This document shows, piece by piece, positions 42,259-54,481 of a DNA stretch of 64,000 nucleotides. Numbering within the stretch: the first letter of the stretch is position 1; the number at the start of each line of letters is the position of its first letter. The position numbers were made by a program, and so were the translations under genes. The DNA comes from Podarcis vaucheri (taxonomy: Eukaryota), in the NCBI GenBank assembly GCA_965113315.1, contig OZ220364.1. One strand, written 5' to 3'. The notes under the pieces are model-generated. The model did not search any database, had not been told where the DNA came from, and saw only the letters and a program-made list of their open reading frames with translations.

Positions 42259-42700
42259 CAGAGGTTTTCAACCTTATTGAGTCCACAGCTCCCTTGAGCA
42301 ACTACATTCTTTCTGCGGCATCCCTGTGAGGCTCAGGAGACCAGTTATCTCACCCTTTTCCAAACACCCTCCCTTGTGGAGTGTTCCCTCAGCCTCCTCT
42401 CTCCCCTCTCCTTGGAAGTCCTCCGGGCAGCTGCTGCTGCCGTCCCTGGTCTCTGAGCTGCCCCCTCTGCCCCAAAGAGAGGTGCCTTCTCCCACTGCCC
42501 CACAGGGGCCTGGAGAGCACCCCCTGGCCAACCCCAGAGGCACCATTTGCCTGCAGAGCTTGTAGCCAGGGCTGCTGCAACAAACAGCTGTGCAAGCCTT
42601 TGAGAGGCAGAGTTGCAGGAGGGCATAAGAGGAGGGAAGGAAGGAAAGAGGCACAGATACCACCATTCAAGGCACCCCAGGGTGCCATGGCACCCTGTCA
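42259..42700. mobile_element. Probable hAT-type non-autonomous element (partial)
   Basis: cagaggttttcaacctt start, GC-rich body ending in ggcaccccagggtgcc; right TIR not found. Confidence 0.4.
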
Positions 42701-43460
42701 TATGTAGTCCACATTAATCATGTGGATTGCTCTTAAATGCAGGATTTTTCTTTCTCAAATGGCCAGTGTGGGGAACCTAGTTTAGTTCAGTGCCCTGGTA
42801 TAGAGGGCTGTGACCCACCCACCCCAATTCAGGGGACCTGCAGCACCTGCTCGTTGCATGTTTGGGAATGTTCCTATTAGTTGATCTGGATCAAGAACAC
42901 ATCAGTAGGCAAAGGATTAAAACCAAACCTACCCCATGCCAGGATCCCAGTCCCAACTGACAACCCTGCGCTAGCTATTTGTGAAAGAAAAATATATGTA
43001 ACAGTCACATGATTAATGAAATCTGGGTTTGGCCCTTTTCTGTATCATCTATGGGAGAAAGACAACATGGCAACTGTTCTGTATGCTAGCTAAACCCATG
43101 CATTCATTCTTCAGCAGATTGGGAAGGAAGATTTGGTGGTTTGCAAGCAAAATAAAAACCTCACACTCCATAACTCTTTAGACAACCATTCCTAGCACTT
43201 GTGGCAAATGGGTATATCTTGAGAGAGAGGTTCATATATGCATCATTAATTTAATAACTATGGGCACAGAAAGATGGCTTGGGTAGCAACTTGGACGGGA
43301 GGATGGATAGATGTGCCCATAGTTCTTTAGCTGAGCTATACATGACAAAGTAGTTGCCTAGAAAGACGCATAGTATTCCATTGTCTATCAAATCCATGGG
43401 GGTTTGCCTTCTCATAAAGTGCCAGTTCAGTTATTGTGCTGGGTTTCTGTCCCTTTCCAG

Positions 43461-43653
43461 ACAATCACAGATGCAAGCCCCATGAAACGCTCTGCCTCCA
43501 TGTTGGGCCACTCACGCTCCAAAGGCATGCGCTTGGATGACTACTCTTTGGAAAGGGTAATCCCAGAGGAGAACCAACGGCATCACCGGCGGCGGGAACG
43601 AGGCCACCGGACATCAGAGCGCTCACTCAGCCGATATACTGATGTGGACACAG
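43461..43653 (+). CDS. CACNA1A: CACNA1A exon 45
   Basis: 193 nt, cag| and |gtcaga; [64 protein letters not shown](G). Confidence 0.95.
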
Positions 43654-44814
43654 GTCAGATTGCAGGACCAGCAGGAGTAAACGCTAGAGACAGAGGCTTC
43701 AGTCCTTCAGTTACTTACTTCAGAATAGCTGCAATCTTTGCTACTGTCACAATTCCAGAGAGTAAATTATATGGCAGCCTTAGAATTATGGTAGCTGGTC
43801 AAAGTATATATGTAAAGATCTAAGGCTTCTTGGCAAGCATCTTAAGGTGTGAGTCTCTCAATAACTGGTGAATATGTTTGATGTACACAGTATAATCGTA
43901 CAGGTATATGCAGGTTTTCTTTTTGTTGCACTATAGTTCCAGAGTGCCCCTCCAGGTGGCAGTAATGTGGTAACACTGAGAAGAATCACATACGGTAATT
44001 AATAAAGAGGAAAGGTGTAGTGAGTTCACTATAAATCTGCCGCAGATGCACTATTACTGTGTCAAAGACATGTTGCAGAAAACACCTACACAGACAAACA
44101 GAAAGTATGTAGGGGCCTTAGTCTTTAAAGTGTTACAAAACTGATTTTGTTGCAGCATGTGAAATGTGCAAATGCATACTTGTGCTCTTTTAGAGGCGTT
44201 GCATAATAGACCTTTATAATAGCACATAAGGTTTGTGAGAAATGTAAGATATGTCTCAGGTACTTTCATTCTTGCTTTCTTTGCAGATCAGTCCTTCCCC
44301 AAACTGTAGGTCAAAAGACTGTGTATGGGATCCAGAAGTACTTTTGGAGCATTTTGTCAGCTGAGAGCCTACTTTAAATTGAGGACTCACTGGAAACAAA
44401 TTCTGATCCCTCTATGAAGGGACTTCTGCAAGCCAAAATAATTATGATGTGGGTGATTCCATGAACTGGATCTCCACAGTTTAAGTGTTAATAACAGCAA
44501 TAGGCGGGTTGTTCATATTGCAATTGCAGCACTAGGAGTGTGTGTGTGTGTAGATTAAACCCTTTAGCATTGTTTTTCTGATTAATATCAGCAAACTGAA
44601 ATTTTGCTTGCCATGCAGTGCAAAGGCTTAATTAATCTTGCCCCCATGGGGCAAATAGCTTGGGGAGGACAATTTTAATTGGGGGAGTGGTGGCATGAGG
44701 GGTTTTTTTAAGCCTCCTTGGTGCTGCAGTTCTGTTACCCCCCCCCCTGCCCTCTGCTCTAAAGTTGCTGTTAACCTCCAAAGCTGATACTTGCACTGCA
44801 GGGCAAAACATGTA

Positions 44815-45056
44815 CAGTGGTACCTTGGGTTACATACGCTTCAGGTTACATACGATCCAGGTTACAGACTCCGCTAACCCAGAAATAGTACCTCGGGTTA
44901 AGAACTTTGCTTCAGGATGAGAACAAAAATCGCACGGCGGTGGCACGGCAGCAGTGGGAGGCCCCATTAAATAAAGTGGTGCTTCAGGTTAAGAACAGTT
45001 TCAGATTAAGAACGGACCTCCGGAACGAATTAAGTACGTAACCAGAGGTACCACTG
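44815..45056. mobile_element. Tc1/mariner MITE, family A copy 3
   Basis: TA-cagtggtaccttgggtta...taaccagaggtaccactg-TA. Confidence 0.9.
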
Positions 45057-45476
45057 TATATTCTGTTTTGCCCAGGAAGGCAAATAGCAGCTTTAAGAGT
45101 CCAATTTTCATCAAGAAAATGGCATCATAAGGTTTTAAACCACCACCACAACACCAGTACTATCGTACTCTCTTCCATGGCTGCTGTTAACATTTTAATC
45201 AGCTGTGGAAGATCCTGTTCACAGATCTCCCCCATCAGTCTTGATTTAGCCCTGAGTAGCTGCTTGAGCTTTTGAAAAGACTAGAAAAGCAATATACTTT
45301 GGTATTTGAGTCCTGGGCACATGTTCCTTCAGGTTCACAACATCAGCCATGTAAAACGTTGCCTTCTCCTTTGTTGCTTAGATGCCAGGGAAGGATGGGG
45401 ACATATGTTGACATATACAGAATATTTCTAACTGAAACATTCAACCTTGAACTGCCTTCTTTCTTCTTACTGGCAG

Positions 45477-45724
45477 GGCTGGGCACGGACCTCAGCATGA
45501 CCACACAGTCAGGTGACCTACCTCCCAAAGAAAGAGACCAAGAACGAGGCAGGCCAAAGGACCGGAAACACCATCACCATCACCACCACCATCATCACCA
45601 CCACACATCTTCTGACAAAGAGCGGTACTCACAAGAGAGGCACGAATATAGCCGGCCTCGCTCCAGAGATCGACGTTGGTCTCGCTCACCCAGTGAGGGC
45701 CGAGACCACATGCCTCACAGGCAG
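45477..45724 (+). CDS. CACNA1A: CACNA1A exon 46 with poly-His tract (12 H, 45569-45604)
   Basis: 248 nt, cag| and |gtgggt; [30 protein letters not shown](H)12TSSDKERY...[13 protein letters not shown]. Confidence 0.96.
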
Positions 45725-46049
45725 GTGGGTGTGGCTTTCCATTCCATGCTGTGCCCCTAGGGATTGATCCAGGTGTGTCCAGTACGGAGAGAGTCTCTAC
45801 TCTTAGGGAATCAAGCTCCAATTACCCACCCTGTTATTAGTTTCTGGATCTCTCTGATGGAACTTTATGATCCTGACTGGCCCAAGCAAGACCTGTAGGT
45901 TCTATACATACAGCAGCTGCACATGAATGGACATCCCATGTATTGCTAAGGGACCACCACATTACTAACATAGTGCAGTGAGAATGCTGGGTGAGCATGC
46001 CTGCACTGAAGTGGCTGCACCATTGTAAGCACACTTCTGAATTTAACCA

Positions 46050-46770
46050 ACATCAGAACTTGCAGAGTCTGACCAAGCGTGATCTAGCTCAGCATTTTGT
46101 CCAACAGCAGCCACCCAGATGTCTCTGAAAGTTCACGTGCAAAGTAGGAAGATGGTAGCCACCCTGTGTGATTTGTCTCCAGCATCTGGTACTCAGAGGT
46201 AAACTTCCTCTGAACATAGGGGTTCCATTTAACTATCATAGCTATTGACAAATCCCCCATGCATTTGTCTAAGCTTTGTCTTTCTTCACATCAGTTGTGA
46301 TTTTGTGAACTTTGACAATTTCCACTATAGTATTTTTTTTTCTAAACTAAAAAGGCCCCAAAACTCATTTGCTTCCTCTTATAAGGAATGCCAACTTGCC
46401 ATTTTCTATCTGTTTTACATCTCTAGGATAATCTTTTGACATGGGAGACCCTAACTCTTCACAGATTTCAAAACATACCATAGATTTATATAATGGCATT
46501 TCAATATTTATTTTATTTTTATTCCTTTCCTTTCCTAATTATTCCTGGCACATTACCATGGCACATGGATGTTTTCTGTAAGCTTTCCACTATAGCTCCA
46601 AAATCTCTTTGCAAAGCAGTCACAGCCAATTCAACTCAATCAGCATACATATCAGCAGTCAGATTTTTCCCCTCCTGTGTTCACAATTTATGACTTATTT
46701 GTAATGAGTTTAATAAGCATTCTGTTGCCCATTCACCCATTTTGGAGAGACCTTTTTTGAACTCTTCACC
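46050..46770 (-). mobile_element. Old CR1 LINE fragments
   Basis: Degraded CR1-like RT and 3' sequence (ttttttctaaactaaaaaggcccc..., ttccactatagctccaaaatctctt); boundaries approximate. Confidence 0.5.
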
Positions 46771-49497
46771 ATCTGGGTTTTGCTGTTCTAAAAATGAGAG
46801 AAGAAGAGACATTTAAACTAGTTTAAGACTTTGGTATAGATATGTTTATATAAGCAGAAGCTTCCATTGCTGAGATCCAGAAAAGATGGGTGTGGATGAC
46901 GATCCCTTCTGGATCAACATTACAACTACATACAAGGGCTCATTTCCAGTAAATGGTACAGAGGAAAACTCCCTATTGCATTTTGCCCCAAGTGATATCC
47001 TCCTTTCCTCCCATTTCAGGAATTGCTTCCTCAAAAGATACCCTCTTACTTCATACCTGTCCACCCTTCTTCACAGACACAGAAGGCATTTCACACAGAG
47101 TCTTGTCTGATTCTGATCACCTATTGAGTTACACACACACACACACAATCACAACGTGTGTGCACAGACAAGTATTGCAATGTCTGTGAAACCCATTTAC
47201 AATATCCCTGAGGTATCACAACAGGATACCACAAGTTCCTGTGGCTTGGACAAGGCTGCTTAGGCTATGTTCCTGCTAATTATACACATATCATGGACAG
47301 CATATTTCATGGCACTTATATAGAGAAAATGGGTGGAAAATTCTGTCACCTTTATTACTGGAGTACATCTTCTGATCAAAATAAGACAATTGAATAGTAT
47401 CAAAAAAAATTAGTTCATTCAAAGCTGAGTTCACACCTAAGGAAGTATGGGTTTGCAGGGTTTGATTTTCACAGGGCTTAGTCTGGATTCATTCTATTGC
47501 AGTGTTTGTATGTCTACAGCTTTGGAGCTGGAGCAATGCCAGGACTGCCAATTTAGTAGTGCAGTTGGCTCCCTTTATATATTAATGCAGCATGTTACCC
47601 CATCTCCATGCCAAATATTATATCCTGTAATGGGCCAAGAAAACAAAGGCTATCAAACTCACACTGAAGCTCACAACTACATTCCTTATTTATCTTCATA
47701 GTGTGGTACAAAAGCCAAAGAAATAATAAAGCCTACCACTTTAATTATAGAGAAAATTGAACAACATGAGGGTAGAGCCTCAAGACAGCGGTTGTACCCA
47801 GCTTTATGTGAACTGCATCAAAATTTTATTGGGTGAATGAGAATACAATTACTCGATGAGACTCTTCTTAAGGTCCTTTATTCCTTTGTTTTCCATTTAT
47901 TCCCCCCACTGCTGCACGCCGCCCCGCCGTTATCACACACGAAGTCATTTTCTTTGTTCCTATTTGTTTCCTTTGGACAATTTGGACGCTTTACTCGGGG
48001 TCTCCTGGCCAATCTGCCTTTATTTACATGTTTATTTCTGTATCCGTTGTGCTTGGCTCTGCTGTCACGGCGAGGGGCGGGCGCAGGTAAGATGGTTGGT
48101 GAGCAGAGAACAAAAATTCAAACCAATCCAGCGGATGGCCCTGCCTAGCTCGCTGGCCTATTTCTCCAGTGTCTGTGGTGTGACCCCTTTATTGTTACGC
48201 TGGTGGCACTGAACTCTCTGGGGTTTGTGAATCTGGAAAGTTTGGAATGAAGCTGCACCTGAAGAGACAGGCACACATGTAAGCTGTGCATGTCACATCC
48301 AAGCAAAACAAGAAAAAAGCAGAAAGACATGCATAAACTGTAGGCATGCATGCAATGAGCGTATATAGAACACAGGATATATGGCAGGCATGGGGAACAT
48401 GTGGCCTTGCAGATGTCAGCTCCCATCTTCCCTGACCATGGGCCATGCTAGCGTAGGCTAATGGAAGTTGTTGTCTACCAATAGCTGGAAGGCTTCATAT
48501 TTCTCATCCCTGGTATATGGGAGAGGGATGCCCAAGGGTGTGACAAGACTCTGAGGTACTGATAGATTTTCTCCAGCAGGGGATCAGTCAAATAGCAGTT
48601 TCAGGAGATATTTAAATTGGAATGGTGAAGTATTGGATCCCCTCCTCTAGTGTAATGGGCCCAAGCTATGTCTCTACAACTGCTTATTTGTTTAAAGAAG
48701 CATCAAGATATACAGTCACAGATCTCCTGACCTAGTCCAGTTTAGCCCTAAAATTCTATCCTAGGAAATTTCAAATTATGCAGTAATATATTTTGAACAT
48801 TAGGCATCTTCTCATAAAATTGACTTGATTTTCAGTAATGTATTCAGACTGCAAATTCTGGTTCTTCTGCAAAATTTAGTAAGTTAAAAGGAAAAGAGGA
48901 CACTAAAAGCATTATGTAGAATATGTATTATGGAGTTTGAACTGGGATAAGAAGCTATATTGGGAATGGAGATACAATCTATGATCAGTGGGACCCCCTT
49001 GAATTGTCAACAGAAAATTGCCCCTGTGTTTTAAAGTTCTTCCTGCAGCTCTGAGGGATTCCTCTTGTACATCCCCAAAATAAGAAGTTGAGAATCAAAG
49101 GATTCTTGCAGAATACCTATATTTGGTTCTAGAAATCTAAGTTCTGTGGCATGCAGCTGTGGTCTCTTGTAGATGGTGGTTTTCAGCTACACATACCAAA
49201 ATTAGATACAGACACATATGATACACAAACACACAAAGACACCCCATACAGATTTTGAGTCTTATGGCATACAAAAAGTTGTAAGTACAGCTAATACTGA
49301 GAGATGCAGGGCATGCATGTGTGTTTTTAATACAAAAGGATGCATATAAATTGTGTAAGTAAATATTCACAGCATACTAAAATACACAGTACAGGCACGG
49401 CATAACAAATAATATGCAGGTTTGTATGGCATACATAGGCATTCATAGATGCATGTATGGTGCAACATGATACAGAAAGAGATATTTCATTGAAATA

Positions 49498-49851
49498 CAG
49501 TGGTGCCCCGCAAGACGAATGCCTCGCAAGACGAAAAACTCGCTAGACGAAAGGGTTTTGCAGTTTTTGAGCTGCTTCGCAAGACAAATTTCCCTATGGG
49601 CTTGCTTCGCAAGACGAAAACGTCTTGCGTTTTTTGCAAGTTTGTTTCCTTTTTCTTAACACCGTTAATACAGTTGCAACTTGACTTCGAGGAGCAACTC
49701 ATAGAACGCGGTGTGGTAGCCTTTTTTGAGGTTTTTGGTGATTTTTGAAGCTTTTCCAAAACTTTTCCGACACCGTGCTTCGCAAGATGAAAAATTCGCT
49801 AGACGAAAAAACTTGCGGAATGAATTAATTTCATCTTGCGAGGCACCACTG
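49498..49851. mobile_element. Tc1/mariner MITE, family B copy 2
   Basis: TA-cagtggtgccccgcaagacgaa...ttcatcttgcgaggcaccactg-TA. Confidence 0.9.
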
Positions 49852-52800
49852 TACGTATGTGTGAAATTCCCAGCAATGTGGTTATGTACATATACATGCA
49901 CACACATGAGCACATTCAGAGCATACAAAAACTTGCTTTGTAAACCTAGGATACATTTACTAATTATGATTCCTGTTTGGTTTGGTAGGCTTTTCCTTCC
50001 TGGTGCTACTTCAATTACTTTCTCTGTCTTGGTTTCTCTCTCTCTCTCTCCCCCTCTCTCCCCTGGTCTTCTTCTGACCATGAATCACTGATCATCAGGC
50101 CAAGAAAACTGTAGCGTGGCAGCCACTTTCAAGTACCAAGCAGCATGGAGCTGCTTCAGTGGTTAGCAACACATTCTCCCTTAAAATATGTTTCCATATT
50201 AGATCGAGGTTAATTATAAATAATAATAAAAAACCAGCAAGCAGTATTCTCTTCTATTTTAACTTGTCCTTCATATTTAACTCTCATGGGCTGGAGTTCT
50301 CTCAGACTTCTACAGTAAGGCCTTCTTCTTTTTTTTACTATGCCATGAACCATTATTGTCCTCCTGTCTGAACAGACCTCAAGACCACCTCCAGCTCCCC
50401 TTTGAGGTAAGTACTTCATTCTCTTCCTTTTTTAAAAAAGTATATATCCAGAGATAACTTTCAACAACAATGGACTTAACCTCTCAGCTCTTTGAGATGC
50501 AGTCTCCCCTTTCTTCTTCAGATTTATTCAATCTTAGGTCTGTAGGTTTCCAGTTCAGCCTAGATTCTTCCCAAAGACTATTCACCATGTCTGTGACACA
50601 ACTGCTCACCTAAGCAGATTAGTTTATACATCTAATTGGACCTTCTTCATTTATCTCAGATTCTTGTCACCTTTTGCCAGGCTTATGTAAATTGCAATGC
50701 CTGCACATCTGGGTTTTGGTAATGTTCAGATCTCTCTTAAAGAAGTTTCCACAGTTCCTGCTTGGATATTGTGGTATAGTCTTGTGACACTGTCCTGCTG
50801 CACTTGAAGAGCAGCTTTTACCACGCTCCACCTTTTGAGGAGTGACTGCTGACTGGCTCACAGATTCACTTTATTCACAGCTATGGAGCGATTTCCTTTT
50901 CATTGCTGGCAAAGAGTGGCTGGTCACTTGAACGATGCCACAGAAGCCTCTTCTCACAACTTTCTGTGGTGCAAGACCCAGGGCAACCACATTGCAGGTT
51001 TTTCAGGAGCCTCTCTCCAGCATTCTAGTTCTATAAGGCTGAACTCAAGCTAGATTTCCACTACTCTCAAACTACTCTTCTGAAGTTCTCTTGTCCCAAT
51101 TGGCTGATCACAGATGCAAAATGATTCCATTTGAATGACCAACTTGGCTTCACCTTCCTGGGTGATTTACAGAGTCTATGTGTATACATCTATCACTTTT
51201 TATCATCAACAGCTGGAGTTTAGGGGCCTTATTATCCTGTTGAGGGCCATCCACGTGGGGTCTTTTATCACTAGAGAGGTGCCAACTCCCATGAAGGAAA
51301 CAGCTGCCTCTGCATGTGTGGCTACATCATTGTCTTTTCACTTTTTGTTGGTTCAGCCAATACTAGACACTATCAGACGCTTCTCATAGCAATAACACCG
51401 AACCATTCAGCCATGTTATAGAACTTTTTTTAAAAATCACACAAAGTTTGCTTTCTGAGTGTGCTTTATCTGAAGAGACCCATCACAATGAGTTCAGCCT
51501 CTTTGAAGGAAACTGATAAAAATTTTGCTTACAGGGAAAGTGACAACAGGAAGGGTAGAAGCAACTTACCAATGGTTACCTAATGATAGCAGCAACAAAA
51601 AATTATTCTTTTAGTTGGGGTGAGGTGAAGGATATGATCTGAAAGTTGTTAGTTCAGGATTCAGCTCTGCCAGGTGCTTCTTAGAAAGCTACCCCCAATT
51701 CTCTTTTTTTTTAGCCTTCCTCAACTTTGAACTTCATATTTCTTACCTATAGAGCCAAAGGCACCATATAAACTCTCAAGAAAGGGGCATTAGAAGCGCC
51801 TGGAAATGTAGTGCAGCCTATCTTTGACCAAGATGCAAAGAGACATTGCTGCTGGCTTCAATGAACACTGCATTTTTTGCTGCTCAGTACTTTGCAGTTC
51901 AGATGTTGAAACATATTGTTTCCTGCCTTAAGAAACTGCTAATCAAATTTAACTTTAAAAGCACTACCTATTTAATATGAAATTATTTCTAATATGCCAT
52001 AGAACCTTATAGCACTGCACAGCCAAGTGTGTGTGTGTTCCTGATGGAAAAATATCAGTGACTATCCTCTTTGTTCCTCATTTTAAACCATACTGGAACT
52101 TATTCTCTCATCCATATTCCTAGACAGAGGTAGTTGTGCTAGAGTCAGAAAATTTTCCTAGCCTGCTCTGTGTCATTTGCTTTACTGTTAGATTTAGTGA
52201 CAATGTGATAATTGGAGGTCGCATCATATAGTACATATAGTACATACCCTGGTACCCAGCTTACTCATTTCCATTCTCTTGACAGCGAGGGAAGTACTGT
52301 ATCAGTATTTTCAACACACACCTCCTCATTCACTTGCCATGGAACAAAGCCCCTATCCAAGCCAGACAGATGAAAATCCCTCTCTTTCATTATCTTGCCC
52401 GTCTGTCTGATCTGCAGTCATTTTACTACAAATGTGTACTTTTTGAAGTTCATTCACTAGTTCTCTTTTTCTGGCTGCTATAGTCTGGCACAAGACTTAA
52501 TGGGGGTGGGGGTTTACACACAAGTTTTACATCTGTTACTAAATCAATCTAATGTGACATATACAGTGCTCAGAATGCATATTTTATTTCTTCATATTAA
52601 CAAGATTCATTTGTGGAACAAATAATATGACATAACTCATAAAAACTCATTTGAGCCTAACAGTCCAAAGAATTGGTGAAGTAAGACAATTAGTAAGAGA
52701 TGAGCCCTTCAGCTTCACAACTGGAGTAAACTGCTCAGTACTGACAATATAATAAAGGACGTTGCCCGGTGGTCTCGGTCTTGTGCATTTAGGGTTTTGT

Positions 52801-53800
52801 TTTGCTTTGTTACTGTCTTCCACATGTTATTCAAGTAGGGTTAAGGACTGGGTGGAGCTTTGGTCTGTTGTACTGCAATCCATCAGGCAATCTGGTCAAG
52901 GAGGCCACTTATGTGGGTGGAGGAGTTATCATCCATAAATAATGTAGAGTCCAGTGTGCACGAAGTGGGAAACTGCCTCTGAGGTGAACTCTCATTTGGT
53001 CCAGGGCTCCACCAGACTGGGGAGCCCACACTGTTGCCTGCCTGCCTGAACTGAGAACATGCACTCACAGGCCTTACACCAAGAGCTTAAACATTTCACA
53101 GGTACACAACAGCCTCCCTCAAGAGTTCGGCTCTGTTCCAAACTTTTCCAGACCCAGTGCTCTCCCTCACCTTTCCTTGCTAGATTCCCACTTCCACCCC
53201 GTCACTCTGTCCCAACCTCCTCCTTCCTTTTTCAACTCCAGATATTTTTCTTTTCTTATTTTCCCTCCTAACCACTTTGATAACATGCAATATGACCCGT
53301 GCTTTGCAAAATCAATCCTGCCCCGCCTCTCTCCTTCAGTTTTTGTTTTCTTAAATAAATTGACATCACCCTTTTGTTTTGTTTCCTTCCCCTCCCCACC
53401 CCCGCCAAAAAAAAACGTGCAAGTAATTTTTAAAGCTTTTTGCTGCTTTTTAAACCCTGGAACTTATAAAAACTCCATTTCTCATTTCTCTTTCTGCTTT
53501 TGTTTTGTGTTGGATCCTCCCCCCTCCTATTATTATTATTATTATTATTACCCTTCTTCGTTGTCCCCCTTGCCCTCCTCTCCCTCCCCCCTGATGTGGC
53601 TGTCGCTTTAATTATTATTTTCCCCGCCGAATTATTTTCGTTCCTTTGCCTCCATTCCCCCCCCCCACTCCTCTTGCCAACTTTGTCCATGTCTGTGTCA
53701 CCTTCACTCCTGCCCCGCCACTTTTCCTCGTGTCTCTTCTTGGTTGATTTTCCTTGTATATTTTTTCTTTTTGATTTCCTTTGTTTCGATTTTCGTGTAG

Positions 53801-54481
53801 GGCAGTAGTTCCGTAAGTGGGAGTCCGGTCCTCTCAACGTCTGGCACCAGCACCCCGAGGCGAGGACGCCGCCAGCTCCCACAGACCCCTTCTACACCCC
53901 GGCCACATATCTCCTACTCCCCAGTGGTCCGTAAGGCCGTCAACACGGGGCCCCAGCAGCAGCAGCAGCCGCCGCCGTCCGTGCACTCGGGCCGGATCTC
54001 CAGCCCAGCCCCGAGGCGCTACCCGTCGCTGCCCGCCGAGCACCACGTCTCCGAGCGTCGCAGCAGGTCTCCGGCTATGGAGCGGCACACGGTCCCGCCG
54101 CGGAACGACTCGCCGCGGGCCTACCGACACGCCAGCAGCCGCTGGTCGGCCCCGCACGTCTCCGAGCCGCACCCGGGGCCCCGGCACGGCAGCGGCTACT
54201 ACCGGAGTCCGGACTACGCGGGCCCCGGCGGCGAGGAAGCCTTCCCCTATGAGACAATGCAGCAGCGGGAGCAGCAGCAGCAGCACGGGAGCAGCTCAGG
54301 ACGTTCGCCCAGAACTTCCCGGGTGGGCAGCGGCTCGTCCTCTCTCTCCCCCTCCAGGCATGGGCGGCGGCTCCCCAATGGGTACTACCACTCGCATGGA
54401 CCAGCCAAGTCGCGTGGGACAGGATCACGCAAAGGACTGCACGAACCTTATAGCGAAACCGATGAGGACGACTGCTGCTAA
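53801..54481 (+). CDS. CACNA1A: CACNA1A exon 47 coding part (long C-terminal isoform, GGCAG included)
   Basis: gtgtag|GGCAGTAGTTCC; [45 protein letters not shown]...[17 protein letters not shown], 226 codons plus TAA; CpG-rich. Confidence 0.95.
   Translation, partial: GSSSVSGSPVLSTSGTSTPRRGRRQLPQTPSTPRPHISYSPVVRKAVNTGPQQQQQPPPSVHSGRISSPAPRRYPSLPAEHHVSERRSRSPAMERHTVPPRNDSPRAYRHASSRWSAPHVSEPHPGPRHGSGYYRSPDYAGPGGEEAFPYETMQQREQQQQHGSSSGRSPRTSRVGSGSSSLSPSRHGRRLPNGYYHSHGPAKSRGTGSRKGLHEPYSETDEDDCC

Noticed and set aside
42274-42707. Cluster of overlapping ORFs
   Set aside because: GC-rich interior of a repeat element; no homology to the channel and no consistent splice sites
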